DNA of 64,000 nucleotides, from positions 1,047 through 65,046 of the forward strand of contig CAZEFX010000001.1 in assembly GCA_964511525.1 (NCBI GenBank), written 5' to 3'. The stretch's first letter is position 1, and each line of letters starts with the position of its first letter. The position numbers and the translations under genes were made by a program. Origin of the DNA: an uncultured Jutongia sp. (lineage in GTDB: Bacteria; Bacillota; Clostridia; Lachnospirales; Lachnospiraceae). The notes beneath the pieces are model-generated. The model saw only the letters and a program-made list of their open reading frames with translations. It did no database searches and was not told the DNA's origin. Shown here piece by piece: positions 59,495 through 64,000 of the stretch.

Positions 59495-60694
59495 ATGTCA
59501 TTAGAATTATCGAAAAAAGCAGCAGCAGTAAAACCATCTTCTACATTGGCAATTACTGCAAAAGCAAAAGAGTTAAAAGCACAGGGGAAGGATGTTGTAG
59601 GGTTTGGTGCCGGTGAGCCGGATTTTAATACACCAGATAATATTTGTGATGCTGCAATTAAGGCAATTCACGATGGATTTACAAAATATACGCCAGCTTC
59701 CGGAACCAATGATTTAAAGGAAGCGATTTCTAAGAAATTCAAGGAGTTTAATGGTTTAGATTATGCACCAGACCAGATTGTTATCAGCAATGGTGGAAAG
59801 CATTCCTTAACAAATATATTTACAGCAATTATTAATCCGGGAGATGAAGTAATCATCCCAGCGCCATTTTGGCTTAGCTATCCTGAAATCGTAAAGCTGG
59901 CAGGTGGTGTGCCTGTGATTATTAATACTACAAAGGAGCAGAATTATAAGCTGACAGCAGAGGCGTTAAGAGCAGCAGTAACGGATAAAACAAAAGCGGT
60001 TGTGTTAAATACACCAAACAATCCAACTGGTATGTTATATACAGAAGAAGAGCTTCGTGCAATTGCAGATGTAGTTATAGAGAAGGATTTCTATGTAGTA
60101 GCAGATGAAATGTATGAGAACTTGGTTTATGGTGACCAGAAGCATGTAAGCATTGCTTCTTTCAGTAAAGAAATCTACGATAGAACTATTACCTGTAGCG
60201 GTCTGGCAAAGAGTTATGCCATGACTGGCTGGAGAATTGGATATACAGGTTCCTCTAAGGAAATTGCAAAGATGATGAGCAGTGTCCAGAGTCATCAGAC
60301 CTCTAATCCAAACTCTATCGCTCAGAAGGCAGCGGTAGAAGCATTAAATGGTCCTCAGGATTCTGTTGCAGCTATGCATGCAGAATTTGATAAGCGCCGG
60401 AAATATATGTTTGAAAGAATTTCTAACATGCCAAATGTAAGTGCTATTGAGCCAATGGGCGCATTCTATGTGTTCGTAGATGTAAACGGTGTATTAGGAA
60501 AGAGCTATAAGGGACAGGAAGTTGCAGACACAGCTAAGATGGCTGAAATCTTAATCGAAGAGTACAATGTGGCAGTAGTGCCATGTGCAGATTTTGGTTT
60601 TGCAGATCATATCCGTTTGTCCTATGCCATTTCTATTGAACAGATTGAAAAAGGATTAGACCGCATCGAAGCATTCTTGAAGGAATTACAGTAA
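59495..60694 (+). CDS. PLP-dependent class I aminotransferase (aspartate aminotransferase-like)
   Basis: GEPDF, NTPNNPTG, DEMY and KSYAMTGWRIG motifs. Confidence 0.92.
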   Translation: MSLELSKKAAAVKPSSTLAITAKAKELKAQGKDVVGFGAGEPDFNTPDNICDAAIKAIHDGFTKYTPASGTNDLKEAISKKFKEFNGLDYAPDQIVISNGGKHSLTNIFTAIINPGDEVIIPAPFWLSYPEIVKLAGGVPVIINTTKEQNYKLTAEALRAAVTDKTKAVVLNTPNNPTGMLYTEEELRAIADVVIEKDFYVVADEMYENLVYGDQKHVSIASFSKEIYDRTITCSGLAKSYAMTGWRIGYTGSSKEIAKMMSSVQSHQTSNPNSIAQKAAVEALNGPQDSVAAMHAEFDKRRKYMFERISNMPNVSAIEPMGAFYVFVDVNGVLGKSYKGQEVADTAKMAEILIEEYNVAVVPCADFGFADHIRLSYAISIEQIEKGLDRIEAFLKELQ

Positions 60695-60729
60695 AGCTTT
60701 CTTGTGGTGGAATTTACGTAGTGGAAATA

Positions 60730-60775
60730 AATAACGGTCAGCAATACTTTTCTTTGGGATTGCTGACCGTTATTC
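60730..60775. terminator. Hairpin between convergent genes
   Basis: AATAACGGTCAGCAAT/ATTGCTGACCGTTATT. Confidence 0.75.
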
Positions 60776-60829
60776 TATTTACAAGCTGGCTGAATCTACA
60801 ATGAAGCCACGAAGAATATTATAAGAAAC

Positions 60830-61171
60830 TCACCTGGACTCTAATTTTTTAACGACCAAATCCGCGATTTCTCTTGCTAGAAACTCGCTATCGTGGGTTT
60901 GATATAGATTGGAATCCGTTAGCAAATTGTGATTTTCTGCAGAAGGAATATAATAAGTACCCTGCAAAATAGTATTTGGTGTTGTTTTTAAAGCAGCACA
61001 TAGTGCTAAAAGACAATCAATAGAAATGTTAGTTAGTCCATTCTCCATATGGGAAACATGAATCGTGGATTTATCTATTGCTTCTGCTAATTGTGCCTGG
61101 GTTAATTGCTCTTTTTTTCGAAGTTTTCGAATATTGTTGCCGATAATTTTACTGTCCATAAGGATTGTCAT
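60830..61171 (-). CDS. XRE family helix-turn-helix regulator
   Basis: IGNNIRKLRK..LTQAQLAE...HVSHMENG. Confidence 0.85.
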   Translation of the reverse strand: MTILMDSKIIGNNIRKLRKKEQLTQAQLAEAIDKSTIHVSHMENGLTNISIDCLLALCAALKTTPNTILQGTYYIPSAENHNLLTDSNLYQTHDSEFLAREIADLVVKKLESR

Positions 61172-61359
61172 ACTCCGTTTTCAGAATTTTATAACTATAT
61201 AAAAGGATAGTTATAGTATTTACTTATTAGGATATAAGCATTCAGAAAAAAAGAGAATAAACTCACAAGGAAAGTTGTTGTCGTGAAAAGGAAAGTTTTG
61301 GCGAGAATTTGAAAGCTCAAAATACATACTTTCGTGAAGTCGATAAAAATGCTGGATAC

Positions 61360-62523
61360 TTAAAGTGTTTCCAGCATTTTTTGAATTCTATTTTGATAAT
61401 TATGTTCCTGAAGTATACGTTTATAACCATTTCGGGCGATTTCAAGCCGTTCTTCTTCGTGAGATAAATAATAGCTTGCTTTTTGTTTTAAATCAGTTAA
61501 ATTCTCATAAATCACCATATCCTGACCATTTATCAACAGTTTGTCATATTCGGGACGGTAATCCGTTAACAGGAATCCACCGGCACTTAGAATATCCCAT
61601 GCACGCAACGGAATTCCACTTTCGATATTAGGTGCAGTCATATTTAAATTAATTTTACTTCGGGCAAAAACCTCTGACATTTCTGTATGGTAATCCACCG
61701 GAGGATGGACCTGTACCTGTCGCAACGGTGTGGTGCTGCTAGTAGTAAATAGATGTACCGGAAAATCCTTTGCGAGAATATTTAAGGTGCGGATACGTAT
61801 CAGAGCAGCTGTTTTATGAGAAAGCACCCGGGTAGAAAACTGCATCTGCAAAAGTTCATCACCTTCGGTCTCAAAACAGGAATTAAAACTGTCATCTAAG
61901 TGCAAATAAGGTTTTAGCTCCTGAAAGATAGAATCCGTTAGAAGATAAGGGAAGATATTTCCACAAGGTATATTTAATTGTGCTTCCATGGCTGCATCAA
62001 TATAACCACAGAGATAATCCGGTAGTATAGAGCAAAGAGCATCGTAATAATTTTTATCGTATAAATTTCCAAGAAAAGAAACAGGATAGCTCTCGTTAGA
62101 TTTGCAAGTAGTGGTAGAAGAGCAGCGATGAGGATTTCCAGCCAAAGGCAGATGAAAAACCTGTTTCACACCTCTTTGACGAAGTTTAAGATATTCTGAA
62201 CGGTCAAACACAAAAATACGATTTTCCGAATAAAACACCGTAGGAGTTAGAAGACTAATTAAAGGAGAATCCACAGTCCAGGACACATAGGTGATTTTAA
62301 GGTCATGACACACTCTGGCAATATTTGCAAAATAATTTACTGAGAAAACAAAATCATAATCCTTCTTTTTCAATTCCATTGTAAGTGCCAGCTCAAACTC
62401 CCTATCCTCCAGATGGTTTTTCGCAGAAAGAGCAGGGGCATCCACAGAATGTCCCTGCTCTTTAAATGTACCAATAATATCTTCATAGGGATAAATATCC
62501 CATGGATATATAAGAATTCTCAT
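61360..62523 (-). CDS. CgeB-like glycosyltransferase (DUF3880 plus GT1_2)
   Basis: WTVDSP, SKINLN, GIPLRAWDIL.AGGFLL and HNY..R motifs. Confidence 0.8.
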   Translation of the reverse strand: MRILIYPWDIYPYEDIIGTFKEQGHSVDAPALSAKNHLEDREFELALTMELKKKDYDFVFSVNYFANIARVCHDLKITYVSWTVDSPLISLLTPTVFYSENRIFVFDRSEYLKLRQRGVKQVFHLPLAGNPHRCSSTTTCKSNESYPVSFLGNLYDKNYYDALCSILPDYLCGYIDAAMEAQLNIPCGNIFPYLLTDSIFQELKPYLHLDDSFNSCFETEGDELLQMQFSTRVLSHKTAALIRIRTLNILAKDFPVHLFTTSSTTPLRQVQVHPPVDYHTEMSEVFARSKINLNMTAPNIESGIPLRAWDILSAGGFLLTDYRPEYDKLLINGQDMVIYENLTDLKQKASYYLSHEEERLEIARNGYKRILQEHNYQNRIQKMLETL

Positions 62524-62558
62524 AAAATCCCCATTTCCTGCGTCTTATTTGCGTCCTT

Positions 62559-64000
62559 CTATTTCATATTTTTTACAGCTGTGGAAAGCATCAGCTTAAT
62601 ACGATTCAACTGGTTTACTTCGCTGGCACCAGGATCGTAGTCAACCGCTACGATATTGGAATCTGGATAACGGTGACGCAATTCCTTAATAACACCCTTT
62701 CCAACTACGTGGTTTGGCAGACAGCCAAAAGGCTGGGCACAAACAATATTTGGAACACCAGAATGAATCAGTTCAATCATTTCACCAGTCAGGAACCATC
62801 CTTCACCAGTCTGGTTACCGGTACTAACAATAGGTTCTGCATATTCTGCCAATGTACGGATGTGTACAGGAGGTTCAAAGCGTTTACTTGCTTTAAAGGC
62901 GTCCTTAGCAACCTTACGGTAATTCTCTAAGAATGCAATGGCAAAATTGTTAATTCGGGCAGAGGATTTTTTCTTTCCAAGATATTCTGCCTTGAAATTA
63001 GCGTTATATAAACTATACATAAAGAAGTCAATCAGGTCAGGGCAAACAGCCTCTGCTCCTTCTGCTTCCAAAAGCTCTACCAGATAGTTATTTGCCAAAG
63101 GAAGGAATTTTACAAGGATTTCACCTACAATACCTACTCTTGGTTTTTGAATATCCTTTAATGGTAATTCATCAAATTCCTTAATAATTTGACGGATGTT
63201 TTTCTTAAACTGGCTCTTTTTTGCTGTCTTTACAGAGTTCTGGGCAATCTTCAGCCATTTCTGATGAAGGGCATCTGCAGAGCCAGGTACCTTTTCGTAT
63301 GGTCTGGTACGATAAAGTACACGCATAAATACGTCGCCATATATCAATGCCTGAATAGCATGGTTTGCCAGCTTTAGGTCAAAGGTAAAGCCAGGATTCT
63401 TTTCGATACCGGCACTTAAGGAGATAACCGGAATCTGCGCCATTCCAGCCTTTTCTAAAGCACGACGGATAAATCCAATATAGTTGGTTGCACGACAGCC
63501 ACCACCGGTTTGAGTGATTAACAGTGCTACCTTATTTAAATCGTATCTGCCGGAAAGCAAAGCTTCCATAAACTGTCCTACTACAATCAAGGATGGATAG
63601 CAGGCATCATTATTAACATATTTCAAACCGAAATCAACGGCTTTTTCTGTAGTTGGCAGAATCTCCAGATTATATCCACAGGATCTAAGGGCAGGACCCA
63701 ATACGTCAAAATGAATTGGAGACATTTGAGGTGCCAAAATCGTATATTCTTCTCTCATTTCCTTGGTGAAAACCACTCTCTGGTGGGAAGTATCCTTCAC
63801 CACTGGCTGAATCTTTTTTGCTTCTCTTTCCTTTACAGCAGCAAGGAGAGAACGGATACGGATACGGGCAGCACCCAGATTGTTAACCTCATCAATCTTT
63901 AATACGGTATAAATTTTATTACACTTTGTAAGAATATCACTAACCTGATCAGTGGTAACGGCATCCAGACCACAACCGAAGGAATTTAACTGGATTAAAT
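62559..64000 (-). CDS. 2-hydroxyacyl-CoA dehydratase/activator-family protein, 3' part; the gene starts beyond the window
   Basis: Frame is open to the window edge ([13 protein letters not shown]...LKIDE); [16 protein letters not shown] and QPFGCLPNH motifs. Confidence 0.85.
   Translation of the reverse strand, partial: LIQLNSFGCGLDAVTTDQVSDILTKCNKIYTVLKIDEVNNLGAARIRIRSLLAAVKEREAKKIQPVVKDTSHQRVVFTKEMREEYTILAPQMSPIHFDVLGPALRSCGYNLEILPTTEKAVDFGLKYVNNDACYPSLIVVGQFMEALLSGRYDLNKVALLITQTGGGCRATNYIGFIRRALEKAGMAQIPVISLSAGIEKNPGFTFDLKLANHAIQALIYGDVFMRVLYRTRPYEKVPGSADALHQKWLKIAQNSVKTAKKSQFKKNIRQIIKEFDELPLKDIQKPRVGIVGEILVKFLPLANNYLVELLEAEGAEAVCPDLIDFFMYSLYNANFKAEYLGKKKSSARINNFAIAFLENYRKVAKDAFKASKRFEPPVHIRTLAEYAEPIVSTGNQTGEGWFLTGEMIELIHSGVPNIVCAQPFGCLPNHVVGKGVIKELRHRYPDSNIVAVDYDPGASEVNQLNRIKLMLSTAVKNMK

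Noticed and set aside
62559-63803. Stand-alone 414-aa gene as given in the ORF track
   Set aside because: The frame stays open to 64000; it is the 3' part of a longer gene.

Overview
AT-rich chromosomal window from a spore-forming, chemotactic, fibre-degrading Firmicute. The gene content is most consistent with Lachnospiraceae; this is an inference. Most of it is housekeeping and metabolism: GNAT-rsgA, an MCP, a LysR-met/cys cluster, ddh, an EF-G paralog, zupT, a beta-eliminating lyase, GH43/AraC/GH5, a T-box trp operon, spo0A, glgA, tRNA-Thr(CGT), a short pyruvate kinase, spoIID, an ftsA-like gene, LCP and an aminotransferase. The stand-out locus is 12989-18317: two tandem WYL regulators are divergent from rtcB, followed by about 540 nt of structured non-coding sequence and a slipin (SPFH) gene. 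That spacer holds a circularly permuted tRNA mimic (T arm, a 4-bp acceptor stem closed by GAAA, then the D arm) resembling bacterial YrlA Y RNAs, flanked by two more folded modules, yet no Ro60/TROVE gene lies in the window. Also found: two unannotated type I toxin-antitoxin loci, a uORF attenuator upstream of GNAT-rsgA, a rod-shaped covarying repeat family of about 180 bp found only between convergent genes, a trp operon lacking trpB, two secreted Lys-rich stand-alone copies of a GH5 accessory domain, and an exact 192-bp tandem duplication. All product calls come from motif recognition by eye and all RNA pairings were checked by hand; no searches or folding programs were run.
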